A stretch of DNA of 33,638 nt from Minisyncoccota bacterium (lineage in GTDB: Bacteria > Patescibacteriota > Minisyncoccia > Phycocordibacterales > VMEP01): assembly GCA_041661305.1 (NCBI GenBank), contig JBAZUR010000002.1, positions 76,621 through 110,258 of the forward strand, in the 5' to 3' direction. Position 1 is the stretch's first letter, and each line of letters opens with the position of its first letter. Below are positions 17,916-25,714 of this stretch, piece by piece. The notes beneath the pieces were generated by a model, which made no database searches, was not told the DNA's origin, and was given only the letters and a program-made list of their open reading frames with translations. Both the position numbers and the translations under genes were made by a program.

Positions 17916-18044
17916 AGGGTTATTTGGGAGGTTATCTAGATCAAGTCATTAGTTCCGGGAGCTTTGGCTTACATTACACCTTGGTGCAGTGTAGCGGGCA
18001 CCCACGTATTACTACGCTAGTGGCTAACTTCACTAAGTAACCCT
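17916..18044 (+). ncRNA. ssrS: Compact 6S RNA candidate (about 129 nt)
   Basis: Ends pair over 12 bp (agggttatttgg / ctaagtaaccct); rod with central bubble and CUUG-capped apical stem; CGGGAGC and GGCACCCAC flank the bubble as recalled for Firmicutes-type 6S RNAs; own promoter and terminator. Confidence 0.72.
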
Positions 18045-18053
18045 AAGAAAGAT

Positions 18054-18079
18054 TCCTGCAGGGCAGGATTTTTTCTTTT
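18054..18079 (+). terminator. Terminator of the 6S-like RNA
   Basis: tcctgc-agg-gcagga stem followed by ttttttctttt. Confidence 0.7.
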
Positions 18080-18138
18080 CTACTTTGAATGATAGAATAG
18101 ACTGACGGAAAGAATTTTGAATATCTGTATTTGTACGA

Positions 18139-19509
18139 ATGACCACGACCAAAAAATTAAAACTCTCATTCTATGGTGGAACTGGTGAAGTAACTGGTTC
18201 CAATTTTCTTGTTGAGGCTGGTGGTAAAAAAATATTAGTTGATTGCGGTCTATATCAAGGAAGTAAAATTGGTGACGCTAGAAATCTTAACCCGCTTTTA
18301 TATAATGCCGCTGAAGTAGACGCTCTTTTTGTTACCCACGCTCATATTGACCACATTGGCCGTATTCCAAAGCTCGTTAAGGACGGCTTTCGTGGTGATA
18401 TTTACTCAACGGCGCCAACAAAAGGAATTAGTGACCTTTCTTTAGTAGATAGTCTCGGTGTTTTGGGGAAAGAAGCGAAACGCGACAATCACCCTGTTAT
18501 TTACCACGAGGAAGATGTTACCCGTGCGATGAAGCAATGGAAGACGGTTAAATACCATGAACCAATAGTAATTGGTGATTTTTCTGTTGTTTTCCGAGAT
18601 GCCGGACATATTTTAGGCTCAGCAATGGTAGAGATTACATACAATGGTAAGAAAATTCTTTTTACTGGAGATCTTGGTAATTCTCCCGCACCATTGCTTC
18701 GTGATACCGAAGCAGTAACAGACGCAGACTACATGGTCATTGAAAGCGTTTACGGCGATAGAAATCACGAAAGCGTAGATGAAAGAAAAAAGAGAACAGA
18801 GCAGGTTATCGAAGAAACGATAAGTTCTGGGGGGGTGCTTATGATTCCAGCGTTCTCAATAGAAAGAACCCAAGATCTTTTGCTTGAAATAAATAATCTT
18901 GTTGAGAACAAAAGAATTCCGCCAATATCTATTTTTCTAGATTCACCGCTTGCAATAAAGGTGACAAAAGTTTACCGAGAGAGTCAGGATTTTTTCAACA
19001 AAGAAGCACTAGGTATTATTCATGGGGGTGATGACATTTTTAATTTCCCAGGATTAAAACTAACACCCACCACAGAAGAGTCTAAAGGAATTATTGATTA
19101 CCCAAACCCAAAGATAATTATTGCGGGTTCCGGTATGTCAAACGGAGGTAGAATTGTTCACCACGAACAACATTACTTAGGTGATCCAAAGAACACCCTT
19201 TTGTTAATTGGTTATCAAGCCGCTGGTACACCAGGGAGAATGCTCCAAGAGGGAGCAAAAAAAATAAGGATAAATGGTGAAGATATCGATGTTCGAGCAC
19301 GCATCGTGAACATTTCTGGGTACTCTGCTCATAAAGACGGTGATCATTTATTCAAATTTGTAAAAGCGACTGCGGATACTCTAAAAACAATTTTTGTGGT
19401 TCACGGTGAACCAAAGACAACTATGTTTTTTGTTCAGCGGTTGCGTGATTATTTGGGTCTTAATGCTTATGCTCCACAAGCGGGTGAGTCCGTAGAACTT
19501 GATTTCTGA
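18139..19509 (+). CDS. MBL-fold beta-CASP RNA-processing nuclease (COG1236-like)
   Basis: GGTGEVTGSNFL, VDCG, THAHIDH, AGHILGS, TGDLG, IESVYG, GSGM..GGR, YSAHKD and VHGE motifs. Confidence 0.92.
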   Translation: MTTTKKLKLSFYGGTGEVTGSNFLVEAGGKKILVDCGLYQGSKIGDARNLNPLLYNAAEVDALFVTHAHIDHIGRIPKLVKDGFRGDIYSTAPTKGISDLSLVDSLGVLGKEAKRDNHPVIYHEEDVTRAMKQWKTVKYHEPIVIGDFSVVFRDAGHILGSAMVEITYNGKKILFTGDLGNSPAPLLRDTEAVTDADYMVIESVYGDRNHESVDERKKRTEQVIEETISSGGVLMIPAFSIERTQDLLLEINNLVENKRIPPISIFLDSPLAIKVTKVYRESQDFFNKEALGIIHGGDDIFNFPGLKLTPTTEESKGIIDYPNPKIIIAGSGMSNGGRIVHHEQHYLGDPKNTLLLIGYQAAGTPGRMLQEGAKKIRINGEDIDVRARIVNISGYSAHKDGDHLFKFVKATADTLKTIFVVHGEPKTTMFFVQRLRDYLGLNAYAPQAGESVELDF

Positions 19510-19532
19510 TATAATTAAAAAAATAAAAATAT

Positions 19533-20186
19533 ATGGAAGAAAACGATAAGCATTTTCACAACAGAATAAGATTATGTGTTTCTGGGGCCGCCGAGACAGC
19601 GCACTGTGGTATTGGAGCATTGGAAAAAGCGAAAGCACTTGGTAAAGAAATTGCACTACAAGGAGCTATTTTAGAAAACGGAGCAACGACAGGGTTTCCT
19701 TTGTGGGCAGCGATGGGTTCCAAAGAAGTAAGTGGTATCGTTGTTGGGTTTTCTCCCGCAGCAAACGAAAAAGAGCATCGTGAAGTCTACAGATTGCCGG
19801 TTGATTACCATGACATAATTGTCTATACAGGGTTTGGCTATTCTGGTCGCGATCTTCTTTTAACCCGCTCAGCTGAAGCAATTATCATTGGTTGTGGGCG
19901 TATTGGCACTGTCCATGAATTTACTATTGCTTATGAAGACGATAAGCCAATAGGCATCTTACAAGGCGATTGGGATATGGATGAAGTTATAAAAAACATT
20001 ATGGATAAAAGTAATCGTGTAAATAATAAGATTATTTTTGAATCCGATCCAAAAATCCTTGTTCAAAAAGTTATAGAGCAAGTTAAAAAAGACAGGTCAG
20101 CACGAGGGGAGACAACTAGACTACCGGAAGTATTAAGCGACGAGGAGTTACTAAAAGCTCAACAACAAGAAAGACTAAAGCAGTAA
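19533..20186 (+). CDS. SLOG/LOG-superfamily protein (TIGR00725-like)
   Basis: VSGAA, NGATTG, GRDLLLTRSAEAIII, GCGRIGTVHEFTIAY..KPIGIL pattern. Confidence 0.8.
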   Translation: MEENDKHFHNRIRLCVSGAAETAHCGIGALEKAKALGKEIALQGAILENGATTGFPLWAAMGSKEVSGIVVGFSPAANEKEHREVYRLPVDYHDIIVYTGFGYSGRDLLLTRSAEAIIIGCGRIGTVHEFTIAYEDDKPIGILQGDWDMDEVIKNIMDKSNRVNNKIIFESDPKILVQKVIEQVKKDRSARGETTRLPEVLSDEELLKAQQQERLKQ

Positions 20187-20196
20187 TGGTTAAAAG

Positions 20197-20237
20197 AAAA
20201 ATAAAAAAATCCGCGTGAAGCGGATTTTTTTATTTTT
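20197..20237. terminator. Bidirectional terminator between convergent SLOG gene and rplT
   Basis: Perfect 18-bp inverted repeat aaaaataaaaaaatccgc / gcggatttttttattttt. Confidence 0.88.
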
Positions 20238-20247
20238 TAAAACGGAA

Positions 20248-20598
20248 TTACTTTGATGTTGCGAATTCTACGAGGCGCTTGAAACTCTCTGGCTTTGTGT
20301 CAGCAATGTCTGACATAACTTTTCGGTCAATTTCAATATTCTTTGTTTTAAGTATATTAATGAATTTACTGTAAGAAAGACCGTAAGGACGAATTGCAGC
20401 ATTGATACGTACTGTCCAAAGACGGCGATAGTCATTTTTCTTATCCTTACGATGAGCAAAAGAATACTTTCCTGCGTGAACCAAAGCCTCGTGTGCCATT
20501 GCTTCTTTGGTTGAACGGCCGAAACGAAAACCCTTTACCTTTTGAAGGACATTACGTCTTGTTTTATTGGCTGTGACTCCTCTTTTTACTCTTGTCAT
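20248..20598 (-). CDS. rplT: 50S ribosomal protein L20
   Basis: MTRVKRG, RKDKKNDYRRLWTVRINAA, GLSYSKFI, IDRKVM. Confidence 0.98.
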   Translation of the reverse strand: MTRVKRGVTANKTRRNVLQKVKGFRFGRSTKEAMAHEALVHAGKYSFAHRKDKKNDYRRLWTVRINAAIRPYGLSYSKFINILKTKNIEIDRKVMSDIADTKPESFKRLVEFATSK

Positions 20599-20607
20599 AT
20601 TATTTAA

Positions 20608-20805
20608 TTATTTTTGTTTTAATCCAGGCAAGAAGCGACTTTTTTCTTTATTGGTCATAGAAAATTCCACACCGCGTTTTCCAGCGAGTTGTTTTGAACG
20701 GCTCTGCTTAGCATTAAAATGGTTAAACCCTGGCTTGCGCCCTATGATTTTACCGTTCTTCGTTACGCGAAGTCTTTTTGTTATTGATTTATTTGTTTTT
20801 GTCAT
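20608..20805 (-). CDS. rpmI: 50S ribosomal protein L35
   Basis: KTNKSITKRLRVTKNGK...NHF..KQS; between infC and rplT. Confidence 0.95.
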   Translation of the reverse strand: MTKTNKSITKRLRVTKNGKIIGRKPGFNHFNAKQSRSKQLAGKRGVEFSMTNKEKSRFLPGLKQK

Positions 20806-21346
20806 TTTCTAGTTTTTCTGTTGCTCCTGCGTTTTTACCCTCTCTTTCTAGAACAATGCTATACCCCTTCTGCGCTTTTTTGAAAGGATCTGCAACTTTA
20901 TAGTTTTCGCTAATTAGAACAAGAATGCGTTCAAGACGGCTTTTTAGGAACTTTTCATCCATGTATTTTGCCCTTCCTGCGAGATAGAGGTCCGCCCTGA
21001 CGCGGTGCCCGTCTTTAAGCCATTCAGACACTTTCTTAGCCTTAATGCCTAAATCGTGCTCAGATGTGCCGATTTTGACCTGAACGGTCTTGGTCTCGGT
21101 CACATGAGCGTGGGCCTTAATCTTCTTGTTTTTCTTGCTCTGCTCGTACTGAAATTTACCATAATCCATTATTTTTGCAACCGGTGGGACTATGTCAGGC
21201 GATATTTCAATCAAATCCAACCCCTTCTCCTTTGCTCGTGCCAAGGCGTCAACGAACGACATAACGCCTAGATTGCCGTCCTCGGCATCAATAACGCGTA
21301 GCTCCTGGGCTCTTATTTGGTTGTTTATACGGAGTTTAACGGACAC
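20789..21346 (-). CDS. infC: Translation initiation factor IF-3
   Basis: RINNQIRA, GLDLIEISP, PVAKIMDYGKFQYE, KIGTSEHD motifs; start GTG 21346 or in-frame ATT 21355. Confidence 0.97.
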   Translation of the reverse strand: MSVKLRINNQIRAQELRVIDAEDGNLGVMSFVDALARAKEKGLDLIEISPDIVPPVAKIMDYGKFQYEQSKKNKKIKAHAHVTETKTVQVKIGTSEHDLGIKAKKVSEWLKDGHRVRADLYLAGRAKYMDEKFLKSRLERILVLISENYKVADPFKKAQKGYSIVLEREGKNAGATEKLENDKNK

Positions 21347-21366
21347 GTGTTTAATTTGATTGCTGA

Positions 21367-21395
21367 ATTGTAGCTTGAAAGGGGGGAATAATCAA
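21367..21395 (-). promoter_or_regulatory. Putative infC operon promoter
   Basis: Minus strand TTGATT-17nt-TACAAT. Confidence 0.65.
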
Positions 21396-21406
21396 TATAC
21401 CGTTGA

Positions 21407-21498
21407 GCTTATACTCATAAAATACACGCATAAAATTCTGCTGAATTTTTGCTCTGCTCGGCCCGTCGGCCTGTGCAAGATATTTTATGGGTATAAGC
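21407..21498 (+). repeat. Palindromic element copy E (56-nt core in 18-bp inverted arms)
   Basis: Core 21425-21480 matches the reverse complement of 26487-26542 at 43/56 nt; arms gcttatactcataaaata / tattttatgggtataagc. Confidence 0.85.
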
Positions 21499-21525
21499 GG
21501 ATAATAAAATGCCTAAAACAAGATT

Positions 21526-21601
21526 TGGTGGACCATACCGGATTCGAACCGGTCGCCTCGTCCATGCCATGGACGCGCTCTACCAAATGAGCTAATGGCC
21601 C
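21526..21601 (-). tRNA. tRNA-Ala(GGC)
   Basis: 76-nt cloverleaf GGGCCAT...ATGGTCCACCA; G3:U70, anticodon loop ATGGCAT (A32-U38), encoded CCA. Confidence 0.97.
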
Positions 21602-21690
21602 TAAAACATTTGTTCGAGCGAACAAATTCAAACGAAATTGTTTTAGCCCTAAAAATATTCGAACACTATATCAAACCGACACCTCTCAAT

Positions 21691-21736
21691 ACAAACAAAA
21701 ACAACCTCGACTTTCGAAGAGGTTGTTTTTGTTTGT
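21691..21736. terminator. Terminator after the DUF5679 gene
   Basis: Perfect 18-bp inverted repeat acaaacaaaaacaacctc / gaggttgtttttgtttgt. Confidence 0.8.
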
Positions 21737-21747
21737 TACTTTTAAGA

Positions 21748-21906
21748 CTATTTCTTTGAAGGAAGGATTTTGTACATTCCAGTTCCACACACTGTACACG
21801 TACCTTTTGCGGCAGGACGGCCAGGTTTGATTTCAACCTCTTGAACATCCTTCATTTCACGCTTTTCCTTACACTTCACACAATACCCAATTATTTTTTC
21901 ATCCAT
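21748..21906 (-). CDS. DUF5679-like zinc-ribbon small protein (52 aa)
   Basis: YCVKCKEKREMKD...GRPAAKGTCTVCGTGMYKI pattern; ATG 21906 lies 8 nt after TAGACT -10. Confidence 0.8.
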   Translation of the reverse strand: MDEKIIGYCVKCKEKREMKDVQEVEIKPGRPAAKGTCTVCGTGMYKILPSKK

Positions 21907-22058
21907 AGTTATATAGTCTAGCGTATTTTGAGAGAAATGCACTAGTTGGGTATAAATAGAGGGGATTTCTCAGTTTGACCTTTGTTTAATTATGATGTAG
22001 TACTATGTGCAGTTGTTTCAAATTTTTCAACCAGGTTTGATAAAAAGAGGAAAACAAA

Positions 22059-23477
22059 ATGTACCTTTCAACTCGCGGTAAGGCACCGGCAGTCAATTTC
22101 GCAGACACAGTGCTTGCAGGATTGGCGCCAGACGGAGGGCTATATGTTCCGGAGAAGTTTTTCCGGGCCAATGAGGGAGATTTCCGGCTACACGCCAGCG
22201 GTTCGTATCAGGATGTCGCTCGTTTCGTGATGGAGCAATTTGCTCCCGACATCAATAGGAGCAAACTTTGGGGGGCAATAGCGAAAGCTTATACCCCGGA
22301 GGTCTTCAAGAACGTCGCTGGTCCAGGTTTCGAAGTGGCAAGTGATATTGTTCCGGTGCGCGACCTTGGGCGAGAGATGTATCTTGCCAGGCTGAGCAAT
22401 GGGCCGACTTTGGCGTTCAAGGATTTGCCTCTGCAGTTGCTCGGGCATCTTTTCGAAGTTGTTCTCGGGCGCAACAAGAAGCTCAACCTTCTCGGCGCGA
22501 CCTCGGGGGACACCGGCTCGGCGGCTATTCACGCAATGCTTGGGAGAAAAGGCATCCGTGTCTTTATGCTCTCTCCGCATGGCAAGATGAGCCAGTTTCA
22601 GGCTGCTCAGATTTTGAGCGTCAACGATCCGGCAGTTCACAACATTTCGATTCGCGGGTCGTTCGACGATTGCCAAGATGTGGTCAAGGCGGTCAATGCC
22701 GATGCCGGTTTCAAAGAGATGTACAGCATCGGTGCCGTGAACTCAATCAACTGGGCGCGTATTGCAGCTCAAGTCCCTTACTACTTCTGGGTTTACTCCC
22801 GGGTTCGTGGTGGTGATGGTGGAGTAATCGACGTTGCTGTCCCGACAGGGAACTACGGCAATATTTACGCGGCGTGGGTAGCGAAAATGATGGGGGTGCC
22901 GATTCGTCGGCTGATTCTCGCGACCAACGAAAATGACGTGCTTCACGAGTTTTTCACGACGGGCATTTACAAGCCCCGAGAGAAGACACTCGTGACGTCG
23001 AGTCCTTCGATGGACATCACCAAGGCATCGAATTTCGAACGATTCATCTACGATGTCTTTGGTGGCGATGCGGACAAGGTTTCGAAGTTGTGGAAAGCGC
23101 TCGACAAGTCGGGGCAGTTTGATTTGTCGCACAGGATATCGGCCATTCGGGCGAAGTCCGGCATCACTTCTTTTGCCACGCGTCAGAGGCAGGCGAACGA
23201 AGCAATCTTGCGTATCTTCAATAGCACTGGGGTTATCATCGACCCGCACACTGCGGTCGCGATGTATGCTGCAATCGGCATGAAACATCCGGGAGTGCCG
23301 ATGGTTGTGATGGAAACAGCGCAACCGTGCAAGTTTGATGACGCAGTAAAGAAGGCGCTCGGCCTCACAGCGAAACCGCCGGCCGGCATGGAAGGGCTTT
23401 TGTCCGCTGAAAAGTTCTTCACGCTGATGGATCCCGATCCCGAAAAGGTGAAGGATCTAATCCGTGCCTACGCGTAA
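22059..23477 (+). CDS. thrC: Threonine synthase (long, class II type)
   Basis: YLSTRG, GLAPDGGLYVP, GPTLAFKD (PLP Lys), ATSGDTG, FDDCQD, NSINWARI, VPTGNYG, SPSMDI, IDPHTA; AGAGG SD; GC-richer than flanks. Confidence 0.95.
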   Translation: MYLSTRGKAPAVNFADTVLAGLAPDGGLYVPEKFFRANEGDFRLHASGSYQDVARFVMEQFAPDINRSKLWGAIAKAYTPEVFKNVAGPGFEVASDIVPVRDLGREMYLARLSNGPTLAFKDLPLQLLGHLFEVVLGRNKKLNLLGATSGDTGSAAIHAMLGRKGIRVFMLSPHGKMSQFQAAQILSVNDPAVHNISIRGSFDDCQDVVKAVNADAGFKEMYSIGAVNSINWARIAAQVPYYFWVYSRVRGGDGGVIDVAVPTGNYGNIYAAWVAKMMGVPIRRLILATNENDVLHEFFTTGIYKPREKTLVTSSPSMDITKASNFERFIYDVFGGDADKVSKLWKALDKSGQFDLSHRISAIRAKSGITSFATRQRQANEAILRIFNSTGVIIDPHTAVAMYAAIGMKHPGVPMVVMETAQPCKFDDAVKKALGLTAKPPAGMEGLLSAEKFFTLMDPDPEKVKDLIRAYA

Positions 23478-23492
23478 TTTTTGCAGGATTTC

Positions 23493-23520
23493 AAACCTGG
23501 CCCTCGGGCCAGGTTTTTTT
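23493..23520 (+). terminator. thrC terminator
   Basis: aaacctggccc-tc-gggccaggttt followed by a T run. Confidence 0.85.
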
Positions 23521-23540
23521 GTTTGGGGAATATATAAAAT

Positions 23541-23570
23541 AAAAAAGATGGCACTTTGCGGTGCCATCTT
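23541..23570 (-). terminator. Terminator of the 179-aa gene
   Basis: aagatggcac / gtgccatctt 10-bp stem with an A run on the left (U tail on minus strand). Confidence 0.75.
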
Positions 23571-23582
23571 CTGCTTTGCTTG

Positions 23583-24122
23583 CTACCGCCCTCGCGGTTT
23601 TTCGAGCGGGATGATATTCGGGTTCCTCGCTTCGGCGATGTCGCCCGTGTCGTTGACGAGTAACATTGACGAACCCTTCATTGCAAAAATCATTTCGTAG
23701 ACAGTCGGCACTCGCTCTACGCGTCCTTTGCCGTCCTCACCTGGCACCCAGAACCCAGCTCGGTCTGCGCCAGTTTCTGCGCAATCCCAGCGGAGACAGC
23801 CGACAAGTTGCAACGACGGTTCTCTCTCGTAGACAACGGCATATTCGGGAATCTTGAAGTCGGCACTGACCGGTGTGTAGAGGGTAATCGGCTTGCCGAT
23901 GAAAATCGGATTGCCACACCATGCACAGCGGATTGCCATCTTGGCGATGCAGTCGAGACAGTAGTCCACTGAACCCTCTTCATTTATCGGCATTTTGGTT
24001 GTGATGGTGTGTCCGAAGGCCGATACTTTGCCCGTGCGCTTTGTGTGATGGCCACATATCGTGGCCATGTAACGACGCAGGCTCAGTCGAGCAAGATAAA
24101 GATACAAGTCGTATCGTTTCAT
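23583..24122 (-). CDS. Hypothetical Cys/His-rich protein (179 aa)
   Basis: AAGGAG SD, own terminator; CGH, YCLDC, CAWCGNPI and CLRWDC motifs suggest metal binding. Confidence 0.75.
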   Translation of the reverse strand: MKRYDLYLYLARLSLRRYMATICGHHTKRTGKVSAFGHTITTKMPINEEGSVDYCLDCIAKMAIRCAWCGNPIFIGKPITLYTPVSADFKIPEYAVVYEREPSLQLVGCLRWDCAETGADRAGFWVPGEDGKGRVERVPTVYEMIFAMKGSSMLLVNDTGDIAEARNPNIIPLEKPRGR

Positions 24123-24235
24123 TCCATTCTCCTTTTCTATTTTGTGAGCGAATCTGGATTATTTCTAACACCTTATGAAGAGTTTTACAATTGGGGGGTG
24201 CTTGTGTTTTTGGGGGAGAGGGGTAGAGTTTAGGG

Positions 24236-24436
24236 ATGGAGAAATTAAAATATCTTTTATTTCTTGCAGGTGTGGGATTCTTGTACGGGATAGCTTCGTT
24301 AGCTTTTCTGGCTATGTTTCTGCAATGGACCTTGGAAGTAGATATTACCAAGTTTGATAAAATATACCGTCTTCTATTTCTTGTTTGGTCTGGGTGGGTA
24401 ATAGGATTGCATTTTTATTTTAAAAAAGAAAAATAA
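24236..24436 (+). CDS. Small membrane protein (66 aa, 2 TM)
   Basis: Two hydrophobic segments, basic termini; no family recognised. Confidence 0.55.
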   Translation: MEKLKYLLFLAGVGFLYGIASLAFLAMFLQWTLEVDITKFDKIYRLLFLVWSGWVIGLHFYFKKEK

Positions 24437-24484
24437 AAAGATAATTAGTTTAGTAGATTGTTGGGGTGGAGATAACAAAGAGGT

Positions 24485-24694
24485 ATGGAGAAAATTTTTA
24501 ATTTTAAATATATTTTAATAATAACACTCATCCTTTTTGTCTATAGCTGGCTTTTCTTTAGGTACGAATTTTTATCTATCCAAATTACAGATAGTAATCA
24601 GTTAATAGAGAGGTGTAATCGTATCACTGGTAATTGTGAAGCATCCACTCCGCTTACCAAGGAAGGGTTAAATTCTTTATTAGGTATAAAATAA
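24485..24694 (+). CDS. Small membrane-anchored protein (69 aa)
   Basis: AAGAGG just upstream, one TM, RCNRITGNC pair of Cys. Confidence 0.55.
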   Translation: MEKIFNFKYILIITLILFVYSWLFFRYEFLSIQITDSNQLIERCNRITGNCEASTPLTKEGLNSLLGIK

Positions 24695-24722
24695 TAAGAC
24701 GTCCTTGGATTGGGGATTTTGT

Positions 24723-25016
24723 ATGTTAGAAAAAGATTTTAGAAAAGATAAAAAAATTGGTATTTTAAAATATTTATATATAGCAGTTCTTTACGTTGGT
24801 GGCCTTACTTTGTTGATTACGATAGTTATTTTCCTGCTCTTGCTTCCTGGGCTTTGGTGTTGGTTTTGGGAAGGACTAATAGGTGTTCCGCAGGCATGTC
24901 TTTCCTATGAACCACAAATTTACCCATTTATGTTCTTTGCGTTTTTCGTGTTTATGTTGTGGGGCGGTGGAAAACTTCTTTTCAAAATCATCTCCGTACT
25001 TTTTGAAAATCGTTAA
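24723..25016 (+). CDS. Small membrane protein (2 TM, C..C loop)
   Basis: Two long hydrophobic segments; followed by hairpin 25024-25048. Confidence 0.55.
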   Translation: MLEKDFRKDKKIGILKYLYIAVLYVGGLTLLITIVIFLLLLPGLWCWFWEGLIGVPQACLSYEPQIYPFMFFAFFVFMLWGGGKLLFKIISVLFENR

Positions 25017-25023
25017 TAAGCGA

Positions 25024-25048
25024 AAATCCAAGGGATGCCCTTGGATTT
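25024..25048 (+). terminator. Hairpin after the small membrane genes
   Basis: aaatccaaggg-atg-cccttggattt 11-bp stem. Confidence 0.55.
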
Positions 25049-25057
25049 GGTAGTTTG

Positions 25058-25203
25058 ATGGGGGTGTCGGTCACGAGTATTTTTTATACCGTCGTATAAA
25101 AAATCTCTCGACCCCAGCTCGCCATTTTGTCTGCTGACAAAATAGGGCTGCGCTTTTCAATTCCCCCGCGCGAGCAAAGCAGTTTGCTCGCTCATCTCCA
25201 CCA
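25058..25203 (+). repeat. Palindromic element copy A with inverted copy of the tmRNA 3' end
   Basis: tcggtcacg...cgacccc core; ttcaattccccc[25 nt]catctccacca (25156-25203) mirrors the tmRNA T arm and acceptor end. Confidence 0.85.
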
Positions 25204-25244
25204 TAAAACAAAAGCGCCCCAAATTGGGACGCTAATGTTTTTAA

Positions 25245-25644
25245 TGGTGGAGATGGGGGGAATTGAACCCCCGTGCAGATGATTTTCAGGTGTGAGTCTA
25301 CGAGCTTAGTTTGTTTTTTGGTTTTCAACATGAAAGGTTTAAAGCAAACAAAATCCTTTCACACATATCCTCTATTTTTCAGTTAGTACTCCCGAAGATT
25401 GAAATACGCTTAGTCCGGAAATATAACGCCCGTTCACCTCTACCAGACTGCAAAGTGACGAACGACCTTCTACTTAAGTTTAGTTAAGCGAAAGCGACGG
25501 CGAAACTGTTGGCCTTAAAATAAGGAGAAACAGTTAGGCCCTGTGCATTTTTGTTTGCACTTATGTTTTGTGACGGTTTAACAAGTCATCACAGCTTGGC
25601 TCGCACACACGAGAATAGATCAGCTGTCTAAGCAAATCATCCCC
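25245..25644 (-). ncRNA. ssrA: tmRNA (400 nt), tag ANKNAQGLTVSPYFKANSFAVAFA*
   Basis: 5' GGGGATG pairs with CATCTCC-ACCA (G3:U70), T loop TTCAATT; resume GCA after ATAAGT at 25558, stop at 25484; directly downstream of smpB. Confidence 0.95.
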
Positions 25645-25714
25645 GTATTTAGATTAGTCATTAGCTTGTTAGGCGCTAGGGGGTACAGGTAAGAAAAAAA
25701 TTCCCCTACACCGA

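Noticed and set aside
17837-18040. 67-aa ORF between ndk and the nuclease
   Set aside because: Spans a promoter and an extensively base-paired RNA; better explained as the 6S-like RNA
17916-18044. Alternative identity as SRP (4.5S) RNA
   Set aside because: Lacks the GNRA-capped domain IV with CAGG/GCAG internal-loop motif
22188-24351. Several 60-190 aa overlapping ORFs in the thrC and 179-aa gene region
   Set aside because: Expected antisense or out-of-frame shadows in GC-richer DNA; no motifs or start signals
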